Positions 32,967-46,335 of a stretch of DNA of 64,000 nucleotides are shown here, piece by piece. Made by a program: the position numbers and the translations under genes. The notes beneath the pieces are model-generated. The model was not told where the DNA came from. It searched no databases and was given only the letters and a program-made list of their open reading frames with translations. Position 1 is the first letter of the stretch. The number at the start of each line of letters is the position of its first letter. The DNA is from Nemertoderma westbladi (lineage: Eukaryota; Animalia; Xenacoelomorpha): NCBI GenBank assembly GCA_032718475.1, contig JAUCBJ010004651.1, positions 62,001 to 126,000 on the forward strand. Direction: 5' to 3'.

Positions 32967-35900
32967 ATAATTAATGAAAGTTTATCAATTCAAAAGGTTT
33001 ACAGCTTTAACAGGATTGATCTACTGTATTGAATTTACTGCGATCGATATATCAACTATATTTATTACCCTGATATTTTGTTATTTTTCCGGTTATTTTA
33101 ACCCGAGGAACAGGAACTAGCCGAGGCGTAGCCGAGGCTTTCCTGTTCCGAGGAACAGGAATTTCCATTTAATTATTTCATTTAATTACTAGAATATAGC
33201 ATGATTAAGACCCAAGTCAGGTCGAAAAATTGCAAACCACACAACTTTTTAGCACTGTATTGGCTTGAATAAATTACTAATTCAATTTATATTAAAATAT
33301 TCAATTGAAAAGCCGGATTGTGCCCGCGTCGGTTGAATGTTTGGTTCTATAATATTCACACAAGACCTACAGTATATAATGTATATACTGTACATTATAA
33401 AATAATTATTATACTTATTATACATCATAATTATATTATTATATATTATAATTTATAATTTAGGCCTAATAATGCATAACGTACTGTAGTACCTGTAGGC
33501 CTATGCATACTGTACAGAACCACCCCCCATCCACACAATTAGGATGCAATGACCACGCTTATGCATCATTACCAAAAACTGCATTCCTTCTCACACCATA
33601 GACTTATTGCTATTATTATTATTATATATTATTATTGCTATTGCAGTAGTTTACATTTTGCTACATACAGTAGGCCTAGTTGCATATATTTATATGCTAC
33701 TTATATCTACTTCTATAAATTTGTATTATCCTAGGCAGAAATGATGCAGCCATCACCAGTTCAGAACCGAAATATACACAACAAGATGAAAGCGACAACG
33801 GAGATTCCAATATACCATCAAAAAATCTATACCACTTCTTAAATAAAATACCGGCGAAAACCGAAACGGTAAGTAAATAATAACTCTGAAAATACAATAT
33901 TATTTAGGCTTAACTACTGTACTGGGCGTGCACTAGGCCTAGGACTTAGGCAGGCCTATCTGATTTTAGATTTAATAAATCTGGAATATTGATTCCCCAT
34001 CTAAATTTCCTACAGATGGAAATTCTAAAGAAATTGGCATATTTTAATACAACAGTAATTTGTTTTTGCATTTTTTTGGAGCATGGGTATTTTGTCATCT
34101 TTATACCCGCAGGTACTCTCAAAGTTTTTTAGGGACTTTAGTACCATTTTATATCGCGTAAGCCACACACCTGTTTTAGTATATTGTAATACCTTGTACC
34201 TTAATAAACTTCACTTGTTAACAAAATATTTATTTGTTAAAACATATTAAACAACATTCAGTTCCATGAAACATACAGTACATTAAGACCAAAGATACCC
34301 CCAAGACTTGACTGCCCGTTCTGTAGAAAACAAAGAGGTACAGTAAAGTAGCGTTAGGTCCCAAAGAACGTTAGGCCCCATTGTCATTTAAAGGAGCAGG
34401 TTACTGTACAGAGGCGTGATGGGGGAACCAAAACAATAAACGAAAGTTAACACATGTTACAAGATTATGCAGATCTTTATAATTGGGTCTTTAGTTTTAG
34501 TTTTGTACGCCCCCTACTCACCCGACAATAATTGCTGAACCTACAACTGTAGGCTCTACACTCTACAGCCTACACGCATATTCGTAGTCCGTTCGATTTC
34601 ACCCTAAAACAAGTAATTGTTCATGATCGAGGTTATGACGTAGTTATGGTATAACTAGAGTGTACAGTATGTACATTGCACAGTGAGGTAGGACATTTAT
34701 GGCATTATCCTAATAAAGTACAATATTCTTGTAGGGAGATTGCTGCGCTTTGCTGCATAATAATTAGTTAAAATGTCGAGCTGTCATCCTCAAAACATTT
34801 TATGAGGTTTGGCATTAACTGCATAAATTATTCAAATACCCGCAAAAAGTTAGTAGTATACAGTACAGTAGTACTAAGATTAAAATCCCCCCCCCCCCCC
34901 CCCCTCCCCAATTCTTAGTTTGCCCTAATTTTATTATAGTAAGTTGTCTGTCATAATTGTGACATTGGAAAAAAACATTAATCAATCTGTGTTTTAGGCC
35001 ACGAGCCACGAGGATCAGAGCACTGTAAAGTGCTACAGTACTTTGCCACAAGTATGTATGTAGTTTTATTGCAAAATTTTAACATTACGAAATGATTGTA
35101 TATTATAAGTGATAGAAACTGCACAAATTAAATTAGTTGAGGTATAAATAAGTGTAAAAATGACATAAATAATGTTTTAAAAAAGTTAGCTTCTATTTAT
35201 TTGTGGCGTTTGGAGCCATGTTAATAGTTTATAGCTACTGGATATTAATAGCTACCGGTAGGTATTGCAGTAGGCCTACCTGGCTGTCAGGCAATTAATA
35301 ATAAATACCAACTATTGTTTATGTGGTAACCATGACGGCGTGTTGTAAAGTCCCGCTAATGGGACATTACAGTACATAAATAATACTGTAATACACCAAT
35401 ACAATACTAATTGTACAGTCCAATATAAAGCTCTAATTTCCTCTACAGTTGTAATGTGCTAACTAACAACTCGCTGTTAATACTATCAGCATTGAGTAAT
35501 GCAACAATTTTGGAATAAAAGTTATACAGTACTTAAGGGGAGTGGTGGGGGGTGGGGGGGGGGGGGGGGGGTGTACACAGTTTTGGTCCAAAATATGTTG
35601 AAATTATTTTTATGATATATATTATAATGCACGATTAAATTGTGTTTCCAAATCTGAAAACTGCTATTTAATAGCTCTTTAGTTTTCAGGTTATAACAAT
35701 TTCCATTTAGGGATTCCTATTGAAATTACTGTTACTTTCTATAATGAAAGGTCGATTATCTCCAAATATTTTTTCATGAATTTGCCAGCTTCAAAACCCT
35801 ACTACCACAATTTTTGAGCAGTTTGTCTGAAAATGTCTGTGTGTGTCTAAATAGCCACCCTGCATAAAAGTATCGGACAACTTTTTGAAATTTTTTGTTA

Positions 35901-38900
35901 ATAAAATTTACTACTACAGTACACTACTGTATTTATAACAAACCTAATAAATTAGCATAAATTTGCAGCCAATCATACCAAGTCCAGGCCACGTGCCCAT
36001 GTACCATGTGCAGGTGTTAGCCATGTTACCAATTTTACTTATACAGTATATAAGGATAAATTTAGCTCGCTTACGTTGGGGTTATGAAATTACATAAAAT
36101 TCATACAGACCACTGTAATTTGAGCCAAGCAATTGTTACTAATGTTCCCCTCTGCTTACCTCAATAATAAAGAAAAGGGGGAATTATCGATTATTCGTAT
36201 CTACGTATTCTCCAAATATAAACATCAATTAAATATGTGACCAAATAACAATGAATAACAGTATTATATGCGGTGCCGGCAGTTAATCAGCAGTCAGATG
36301 TTTGCCTTAGTTATTAAGGCAGAAGTCAGAATCAATGATTTAGAGATGGGTGCATAGAGAGTAGTGCAGAGATAAGTTACTATAATCTATAATACTCTAG
36401 CCGCTGATGGTCTTGGGCAGAAGTCTGAATGAATGATTTTGCCGCACTGCGATATATTCATATGTAAACAAGGCCTCAAGAATTGGCAAAGTGAAAATTG
36501 TGCTGATTGTCTGGGAAAATAACATAGAGGCTACGGGACAAAGAAAATACTGACCAATCTATACCAAAATAAACGCTAAAGGGCGTAAGTTTTATGTGCT
36601 CTCAAAACCCTTGAGATACTGCCAGTTTTAGAGTAGTTCGCGTTTTGCACAAAAACGACACATTTTTGCCGCAAAGGCTTTAACATCGCCTATAGTTATG
36701 TTGCACCATCTTTGATCTATCATATAAAAAAACTTGCTCATATGATTAGATTCAAAACTGTAAAAGCCTTAGGGTTTTAAGCGAAACCAAGTTTTTTTTA
36801 TAGTTATAACTAGTACTACAACTGTAACCAATATTAAATATAGCGAAAAATAAAATTTTTCTGACCTGTCATGTAGAATAGCCTCTTAGGTACTTATTTT
36901 CCAAATTATAGGCAAAACCAAACAATTTTAAAACGCCAAGAATACATAATCTTTGAAAGGCCGAGAGTGATAAATCGAAGAGTTATCCGAAAATAAAATA
37001 ATAAATGGCAGTAATTTTTTATGACCCCTTTTTTCCGACATTCAGCATGTACTGAAACAACATCCAGACGGTGATTCACACACATTCTCTCAGTCCTACT
37101 GTACTCAGTTTTAAAAAGTTATAATTTAAATACACACTACATTCAGACATTTCAAAATACAATTGAATTAAATCAATTCAACCTTAACGATATACACGCA
37201 ACATGGCATGTATGTATAAAGCTAAGGCATTTTTCTAACCAAAACAATAATCGATCAAGATCACTTTACCAATGAGGGGAAGGAAAAGGAGCAGTTTACA
37301 GTGGCGGGCTTTACCAATTAATGGAAAGGAGCACGTTGCAGAGGCGGGTTTTTCTAACCAAAAACAATAAACGATCACTTTAACAATTGATGGAAAGGAG
37401 TAGGTTACAGCGGCAGGCGTTTCTAAATAAAACAATATTGACATTGTTGATCTTGATGGTAGAGTAGGCAGTAGGCATGGTATAATATACAGTATATCAC
37501 AATATTCATTGTCAATTACAACACAAATCGATACAACAGCCGGTTAATGCTGCTCAGTATCGTAAACTACAGTACCCTGCAAACCATAGCAACATTATAA
37601 TAATGTTTATTAACATCTTTATTCAAATAATAAAATATTAAAATTCAAATGTTAAACTAATGCCAGTTTTAATATTTTTTTGGCAAAGCGCTCGGACCCT
37701 GTGCAATAAAAGTGCACTTTCGGCAGTATTCGGTAACCAATATTAATCAGTGTTATTATAACATTGGAATTCTAATAGTTAGTGGGTTTCCCACCCTTAC
37801 AATTCGAATGTTATTCTAACATTAAGCTAATATTGGAATTATTTCATAGCATTCTCATAGCATTCCTGATTTAGTTTCTCACTATTTTCTCATTATTATT
37901 CTAACATTAGTACATCAATACTAAAACATTATGATTTTAATGTTATTAAATGCATGGTATCTTGTAAAAGGCCTACATAGAGTTTCCATATAAACAATGT
38001 TATTTCTATAAATGCAAAAACTTAATACACCTGAACAAAATTGGTGCGGTTTGTTTTATAATATTACAGAATAACAATGGGTAAAAACGCTATTTATTAA
38101 TATTATAATCATAATATGAATAATAATATTAGCATTATGTGTAAAAAAAACGCAATGCTTTTATCTTATTATCTTATAGAAAATATAACTAACAACAGTA
38201 ATTTACAATAATGTCTGGTTAATCCCCAATGTAGTGCTAATCTCGTAGGTATAAAAACACAGAACGTTCCGATACCTAATAGGACAATCTATTACAATTT
38301 TATTATTAATTTAAAAGATATTGCAAGAAACAAACAATTAAAATTTGATATAAATATAAATAAAGGTTGACCTATTTTATGCACATGTATAGGCCTTACG
38401 GTATAAGTTCTTATAAGTCCAATCAAAATTCCAGTTCTCAATTCCAGTCTCGATTTCGTTTTCTATCTTTTCGATTGCGATACACTCCTCGGCTCCTCCA
38501 ACTTTTCTAGCACTGTAAAGTAATTAAGATTATATTAATTAAGATTACATTGATTACATTTTTAGATTACAGTACCATAATATTAAGTTGACAGCGACAT
38601 GGTATTCCGTCATATAAGTTAAGAAAATTATGTTATAGATACTCAAACCTAAACCAACCCACCCACATACATAATATTTAACACACAAATCCTCACCACT
38701 ATTATTTATCTAATACAAAACTAATCTTTCATTATATATACACATATATCATAATCTATACATTATAATATAATTTCTAACATGTTCTTTCAGTAGATCC
38801 ACCAGCGCGCCCGCAACTTGAACAAAATAGTTTGTAATCACTTTCTCCACCTTCGCGTCAACACCATAGGACTAGTGTTCAGTGAGAAAGCTAGAAGAAA

Positions 38901-39107
38901 TTTAATTTAAATTTAATTTAAATTTGTATCTCATGACTGAGCCTCTTGCTGCGCGAAGGCCCCACGGACGTGTTATTTTAGGTTATTATGTTACGAGATT
39001 CAAACTATAGCAGTTCTTCCTAGGGTACAGAATAAAGTTATTTACTTTACTTTCTTTACATAAAATGAAACACAATAATATTATGTTCAAATTATCCTAC
39101 TGCGTGA

Positions 39108-39290
39108 ATGTGGGGCGAGCCACGAAAGTAAGCGTTCTCTCGATCTGTGGGTCCGTGTTTTTAAATGTGAATAACTCGGCTAAATCTCGATGAAATCTAA
39201 TCCAACTTAGTACACATGTTGTTTGGCAAAAGTTTATCAATTTTCCAAATAGAATTTGCGTGGGGTCTTCAGGATGAGCTAATGAAGGAG
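39108..39290 (+). mobile_element. Helentron/DINE-1-like non-autonomous fragment
   Basis: Homologous to 43806-44060; AACTT(A/G)GTACACATG core. Confidence 0.45.
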
Positions 39291-39348
39291 ACTAGTATTA
39301 TGTTGACTATACTTGCAACTTTAGTACAGAATATCGGACGATATGGCT

Positions 39349-39890
39349 ACTACTACTAGGATCGGCATGCTGCATTGCAGCTGCATTTTTAAGAATGCTG
39401 TGCCGGCTTGTCAACAAAATTGCACCGCCACAACTCCCTATCACCCATGACATTTGCTAGATCATCCGCATCTTTAAGGCCAGTGTCCTTTAAGCATGCG
39501 TCTCAAGAAAGTCATGGGCTGTCCACCATGCTTATTCACTCCATGAGGCTGCCAAAGTACAAGATTATGCACTGGCTGGTCCTCACGGCGAAAGCAATGT
39601 CCTGCAAAGCGGAGGCGATTTTGTTCTAGTGTCAAGCTTGGGGAACCAATGAGACACCTCCAATGTTATATAGTGTCTGGTTGGAGATGTGTGCATTGTA
39701 CTTGACACAATGTACCCGGCGTAGCATTCTTGTGAATGTGCCTCCAGAGATTTGGTGTCCTCAGCAGTTAGAGCCCAGCATGGACTCCCGTAGAGGAGTA
39801 CTGGAACTACTGCTGCTCTAAATAATCGGACCTTAAGTTTCCGATTAATTCTCGGTGACTTCCATATCCTGGAAAGATTAGTCAAGGCTT
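39349..39890 (-). mobile_element. 3' fragment of a second RTE-clade LINE family
   Basis: IWKSPRINRKLKVRLFRAAVVPVLLYGSPCWALT; (TAG)n tail at 39349-39358. Confidence 0.8.
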
Positions 39891-42218
39891 TCTTATAGAC
39901 TTTCGCGCTTGCGTTTCGAAGGCCCTCACAATGCTGTCAGGATAAATGTCCCAGGTAACATAAATAAATCCACATGCTCATGCATACCATACTTTGCAGC
40001 TTATGCTCATCCTGTATCAGTAGACCGGCGTGAGGCCTATCAATGTTACTGTAACAATTCCATATCGGTATGTAACAGGAGATAATGAAAAATTGTCTAA
40101 CCTTTAAGCAGCATGTTAGAATGAGCTTAGGAGCGTTGGTCTCCCTCGAATGCATGTCTGAGCAGTTTTCCATATTTCTCGGCGAATGTGTTGTCCAGTC
40201 CAGGTCGTGCGCAGGATGTCAAAACTCGCAGCCGATAGTGATTGTGAGAAGTTGGAGAATTCGTCAATCTACAAAGATTAGAAAAAACTCTTCGCTTACT
40301 AACATTTTAATGCTAAAATATATAAACAATTATTACATTAGTAAAAATTATTAATTACTGATCTAGAATAAATAATATGAAATCAAAAGAATACGTTTCT
40401 AGAACGTATCAAGCAAAGCAAACAGTCGGCTGAAGCCGGAAGCGACCAGAAGGCTCCCCTTTCGATAGCTACTACCCGAAGGTATTGTAGTAATCTTCAA
40501 CAATTCATTATTCTGTTTTACTCAATTTGTTAAATAATTTAATGTCAATTTCGACTTCCCATATAGGATAAAAGGATAAAGATGCCATTATCATTCTCAC
40601 CTTATACTTTGCCAGTGCATTATTCTCCTTTAGGGCCTTTTCCCATTTGGCTAAATCCTCAGGAGTGTCCTACCGGCTGGTCGGGGAACAGGACCTCTGA
40701 ATGAAGAGTCTCTCCTTGAATCCATTCCATTATTTTTAAAGTTCCTTGGACACTCTTCAACTCCTCCTTCCTCCTTTATTTCCTCCAAGGAGGGAACAAT
40801 GTTGTGTAGAGGGGGCATGACAGGCAAACACCCACCCCGACCCCCCTCTCGAAGTTTGTTTATTGTGCAGATAATTTTTAACAATATTTAGTTATTTACT
40901 GTAACTAAAACGCAAGCTGCCTTTCGGATCTCGTGCGTGGTCTCTGTGGCACGTGCCTTATTGGTCTCATTGTTAATCCGCCCATGCATTTGATTGTGCA
41001 AAGCGCCACTCCCCCACCCCCACCTCTATCTGGTTGTGAAATACATGTACCCACCTAGGTTAATTTTGCATTCATTTGTTAGGGGTGGGAGAGGGGGTGG
41101 GTGTTCTGCCATTCTACTGTATGTATTATGTGACAACCGCGCACATTGGAACTGATATATCTGTAGGCCTACTGTAGGTATGGCTGTATGGAACCGTACT
41201 GAAAAACATCCATATACTGTACTGTAAGTTACGGTCCAGGAAAACCAAAACATGAACACATTTGGTTCATGTGGATGCAAATTAAATAATTAAAATTATA
41301 TAGTTGTACACCCTACAGTTATGTAGGCCTAGTTGACACGCACTGAGGTAGGTGTGTTAAACAATCTGCACTGGCAAGGACTGGACAATAACGATAATGA
41401 AAACAATGGAAATACACGTGCAAAGTTCTGTACCACAGAGGGCCTAATAAAGATAACATTAGGACAACATTAGAATAATATTGTTATTCAACGCAGTTGA
41501 AGTATGACCCGCCAACATTCGAAAAACAACGTTAGAATAACCTTTTCGCATCATTGTTATAACAATGCTATGATTCATTCCCAATGCAAATTCATTTCCA
41601 AAGAAAATATTCTGATTTGAATATTTCGATAACATTGGAAATAGATTATAATATCAATAGTATGGAATATAGTATTAGAATATCATTCAAAATATGTTGC
41701 GATTAAATGTGTTAAATAAAAAACATTGCTGTTCCAATGTATTCTGAATGTCATTTCACTATCTGAATTTTAATATTAGTATTTAAATATTATTTTAGAT
41801 TACTTCAATATTAAAATGTAAAATTTTGGGTTTTTCTCAAATAATTTGTCTCATTGCACTATTGCACAACTTTTTAGCAGCATTAAATTTCCAATACAAA
41901 ATTAATCCTCGGATACTTCTGGTTTGCAGGGTATACTCTATGCTATGGTTACTAAAAACAGGACAACAGTTTAGTAGGAACCGATACATTATGAAGAAAG
42001 GGGTCATAATGAGTAAAAAAATGTGGTCAGAAAAAATCTTTTTTTCATAATAAATTATAATACCGTTAATAATTAAAGGTATTAAAGATGTATGTAGCAT
42101 TCTTAATGAGGCTGTGTGCCAATTATAAATATACAGTGTAGATATATATATATACTTTCTATATACTTATTCACGTATATATACTTACGACTATATACTT
42201 CATTACGTAGCGTAAATA

Positions 42219-43102
42219 CACCATAACCCTTAATACAACAACCATTTTTAGGGGGTCGGAGCACCCCCCCCCCCCCTAATTTTTTTCAAATTTAATTAAA
42301 ATGCTACGAAATTTGGTATGATTATAGATCGACACCTTTTCTTACTGGTGGCCTGGCCGGATTTTTCAATTTCTCACTTATTTCCATACAACAATCCCTT
42401 AAAAAATGTCTATTTAGCAATGTTTAACCACCTCCTAGACTTTATTTTACGTCTTTGAAATGTAATTTAGATATCATTCGAAGCGCCTTCGTCTGTAGAT
42501 TCCGAATCTGAAAACAGTTTTAAATTTAACCAAACATTGGTAAAGATATTATCAAAATACTAATGTGTAAATTTAGAGACGTAAATCGCTATAATTCTGA
42601 TGTTTTGTTGTCTTTATTCTAGAATATTAATTATTATTAAGCTGAGCGTTTTAAAACTCCATCTTGTTTTTTCATTACCCATAATTAATATTCTAGAATT
42701 GAGTAAAAAAAACATTAGAATTATAGCGATTTACGTCACAAAAATTTACACCTTAGTATTTTGATAATATCTCCGTAAGTTCTTGGTGAAATTTACAACG
42801 GGTTTCATATTCGGAATCTGCAGATGAAGGTGGTTCTAATGATATCTAGATCTCATTCCCATGACGAAAAATAAAGCTGACACGGAGATGGCTAAATATT
42901 GCGAAATAGACGATTTTTAAGGGCTTGTTGTATCGAAATAGCTCATAAATTAAAAAATCTGACCAGGCCACCAGTAAGAAAAGGTGTCGATCTATCATCA
43001 TACCAAATTTCGTAGCATTTTATTGAAATTTGAAAAAAATTAGGGGGGGGGGGGGGGGGCTCCGACCCCCTAAAAATGGTTGTTGTATTAAGGGTTATGG
43101 TG
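42219..43102. mobile_element. Tc1/mariner-type foldback MITE (884 bp, nearly whole-length palindrome)
   Basis: CACCATAACCCTTAATACAAC../..GTTGTATTAAGGGTTATGGTG; TA at both flanks; arms pair for ~400 bp. Confidence 0.88.
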
Positions 43103-43144
43103 TATGATATCGTACTGTATAGTATATACGTACATATTTTTCAG

Positions 43145-43276
43145 GCGGAGAAGAGGAGCTGCGGTCTGCAAGGTCAGCACTGTTTCGCGGGAAACGGGGG
43201 TGGAGGATGCTGTTCTGGCTTCTCTTGTTCATGGCATTATCCAATGGGCGCTAGATGCTTGTTCGAACGGAAGTAG
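43145..43276 (+). CDS. Terminal exon encoding an inhibitor-cystine-knot (knottin) peptide after a KR cleavage site
   Basis: Acceptor TATTTTTCAG|; AEKR-SCGLQGQHCFAGNGGGGCCSGFSCSWHYPMGARCLFERK*; C-x6-C-x8-CC-x4-C-x9-C; AATAAA at 43391. Confidence 0.75.
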   Translation, partial: AEKRSCGLQGQHCFAGNGGGGCCSGFSCSWHYPMGARCLFERK

Positions 43277-43618
43277 AATAACCACCGGTAGCATTACCAA
43301 CTCTATCGGAATGATTTGATTTATGAACAGGTGGACTGTTCGACGGTTTTGTCAATTTTGTGACAGTAAATTTCTTACTTAATGTTGTATAATAAAACGA
43401 AGCTCTGGCAGTCACTAACGTTCCCCAAATAACATTATTTATTCGTCATTTCAAATCCAAGTAATTTTCATTAAAAGGAATAACATCGAACATTCTTTAC
43501 AGGTCTGGCATATGCAGAGCAGACGCACTGTGCTGTACTTTGATAATAAAATTTTACTTAATAGGCCTACAGTATGATGCGTTGTCAGCAATTACAAGTC
43601 ATTCAGACCGGAGCGCGA

Positions 43619-43717
43619 CTACTACTACTACTACTAGGATCGGCATGCTGCATTGCAGCTGCATTTTTAAGAATGCTGTGCCGGCTTGTCAACAAAATTG
43701 CACCGCCACAAAATTGC
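43619..43717 (-). mobile_element. Short RTE 3'-end copy (second family) with 12-bp TSD ACCGGAGCGCGA
   Basis: Matches 39349-39432; TSD at 43607-43618 and 43718-43729. Confidence 0.85.
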
Positions 43718-43805
43718 ACCGGAGCGCGAACTTTGTTCCTAACAAAGTTCGCAAAGTTGTTGAGAATTGTGTTCCACACCGAATTTTGTCCCTATGAAAA
43801 ATAAT

Positions 43806-44060
43806 TGTGGGGTGAGCGACGAAAGTAAGCGAGCTTAGCATACAGGTACCACTAACTCTATCGGTGTGTCTGTTACTCTGTTGTTCTGTCGATCTGTTGA
43901 TCTGTTGTTCTGTCGTTCTGTTGTTCTGTTGTGTCCAATTTTAAACGTTAATAACCCAGCCAAATGTTAATGAAATTTAACCAAACTTGGTACACATGTA
44001 GTTCTGCAAAAGTTTAGAAATTTTCCCAGTTGAATTTCCATGTGGCCTTCGAGAAGCTTA
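43806..44060 (+). mobile_element. Helentron/DINE-1-like non-autonomous fragment with (TCTGT)n microsatellite
   Basis: TGTGGGG..ACGAAAGTAAGCG, CTGT repeats, AAACTTGGTACACATG. Confidence 0.5.
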
Positions 44061-45009
44061 GATAATAGCAATTAATTAGTTAATTAAGTTGATTACGGTA
44101 AAAACTGCATTTTAAACCTGCCTGTTAAAGGAAATTAATTATTTTACAGTATAAGATTTAAATAATTATACTTAAAAATTATACAGATGTAATCCACATA
44201 CCCCATTCTATTATAGTTTTTAATTAGTTCTAGTGATTTGCTTTAATAAATGTGTCTTTAATTGATCTAAACGTAATTAAAGCGGCACAATTATTGAGTA
44301 CAAATTTAATCCTGCCCATTATTGGTTAACATAGTCTCTGCGGGGGTGTAAAGCTGCTAGCTGCTGGGAGATGTTGGTGTAGCCTTATCAGAGGCGAATT
44401 GTACTGTAATAGGCAGCCAGTAGTATTGCTATAGCAACCCAGACATAACTCCAACCATACACTGCCTCTTTTTCAATTCCTATTGACTCTATACTATAAA
44501 TGTTGTATTACTTACTATCTCAGGTGACAGAAGATATACTGTAATGACTGTTGTAGGCTTATATCTGAAATAGTTTAATCCGCAATATATTTGTCTGGTT
44601 ATTTTTTAATTGAATTTTTGCAAAGTAGTAAAATTAATGTTCTTAAAAATAATATTATTATTTTATATGTAACCTAGGCAATTAGCTACATTTTTTCGCT
44701 GCAGCTTTAAGAGTGTACATTGATTGATTTAATATTATTTCAATACCCATATTACTACATCGGCATACGATGCGTTGTATCACACATATCCACATAGATG
44801 TATCAACAGTTACTCGTACAGTTTCGAAACTTCGCATAGTTATAACTGTATAAAGATCGTCAGTCTTGGTTTAGGAAAAATATTTTAATGCAAAACAGGA
44901 CGAGCGCAACGAGGCATATAATGAAGACGAGTACTGTGTAGACTATATTCCTATTAACCATACCTGGCTTCATCTATTGGAGGCATCAGTAGTTATAAAA
45001 ATCGTCCGT

Positions 45010-46075
45010 TGGTAAGGCAAAAAACCTGTAATGCATTAACTACCTTTCACAGCTTAGCCGTGATGATTCATATTACGACATCTAACAGCTGGTTGCTGAC
45101 ATGGAAACAGCCATTAGATGCATGGTTCTTTGTTTGGCTTGAGCCAATCAGAGCGATTTTTCCTGTCAACGTGTAGCTTTTTAGTCGATCATAAGGAGAG
45201 TGTTCAGTCTTACTGTTTTTTCTTGATACTTGGTTGTTATTGCTGTCTAAGCCAGAAACACCGGCATTTTTTGGATAGATACTGCTGTACCGTAAACTGC
45301 TTGAATTATCGAAAGTATAAACTGTTACCGGCGGTGTCACCTTACTTAATTAACATACTCACTTAATTTAATTGCAATAATCATATTGTTTGTACTGTTA
45401 TTTTACCGTCAGTTATTAATTGTAAATATTTGTTGATGGAAATATTGCTATTTGGATAATACGGATAAATCACCCAATTCCCAATTTTCTTGATAACACT
45501 ACAGGTTAGAGAGACCGGCTATACATAACAATTGCGATTTATATTAATGTGGTGTGTATTGAATCCAATGTTATTTAGCAGACCCTACGTGAGTCAATTA
45601 CTGCTCTCTTTATGTGTGATCAAATGTACTGACTGTCGGCAGAATAGTGTGTATGATTGTGACTGGTAACAAAGTATTTCCTAAAGAATACGCTTTATAC
45701 TTTAATCATAAGCAGTATCGTTGCGTTTAGTATAAGTCCTAGTTCTGTTTAAATAGATAAAGCGCCACGTCCTAAAGGAACTGTTAATATTTCCCGAAAG
45801 CCAATAATATCTGTCAGAGATTAATTATTAACGATCTATCGAATAATACATTAGGTATACACTGCAACCTTACACTGTAATAATACAATTCAAGCATCCG
45901 AATTCAGTCTCCCGGGTGTAGATCCATCGGGTGAATGATCGCGCATGGGCTGACTTCGGCTAATGTTTTGTGTATTAGCATAAATTATTGTCGTATGCTA
46001 AAGTGGTTTTAATTAACTAGAAGACATATAAATTTTGGCAGGTTAAACTGCTAAAGGTCTTCAAAAGCGCGAACA
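45010..46075 (+). repeat. LTR of the A family (may extend to 44347 with a different U3)
   Basis: Aligns to 10021-11067 with scattered substitutions; ends GCGCGAACA; no TSD found. Confidence 0.9.
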
Positions 46076-46159
46076 GGTTCTGTCTCACCGTCAACAGTTA
46101 CTGTTGACGGTTGACTACTGTAGTACCAATAACAAAAATAGAACAAATATCTTTGAACC

Positions 46160-46335
46160 ATCTTACTAATCTGATTGCTGCAAAAATTCCATCAGAAATC
46201 CCATGTAATGAAAGTATGCTGAACATACGTGAGCGAGAGACTGAATCAAAGGGCTTGACGAAGTCAACAAAGCTAACAGCCAGATGTCTGTCTTTCTTTT
46301 TGGACAACTCTTCAATTATCCTTCTAAGTGAAAAA
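46160..46335 (-). pseudogene. Non-LTR reverse transcriptase fragment (RTE-like)
   Basis: RRIIEE..LAVSFVDFVKPFDSVSR..LSLHGI. Confidence 0.75.

Noticed and set aside
28905-33032. Many ORFs on both strands (MWLLLFDVRTA.., WQCVHQT..)
   Set aside because: Artefacts of the 60-bp satellite.
33103-33162. CCGAGGCGTAGCCGAGG palindromic motif as a regulatory RNA
   Set aside because: Resembles common non-autonomous transposon end motifs; no further support in the window.
41826-42050. Hydrophobic ORF as the knottin signal-peptide exon
   Set aside because: Starts at TTG; the nearest ATG is followed by a stop; no clear phase-0 donor.
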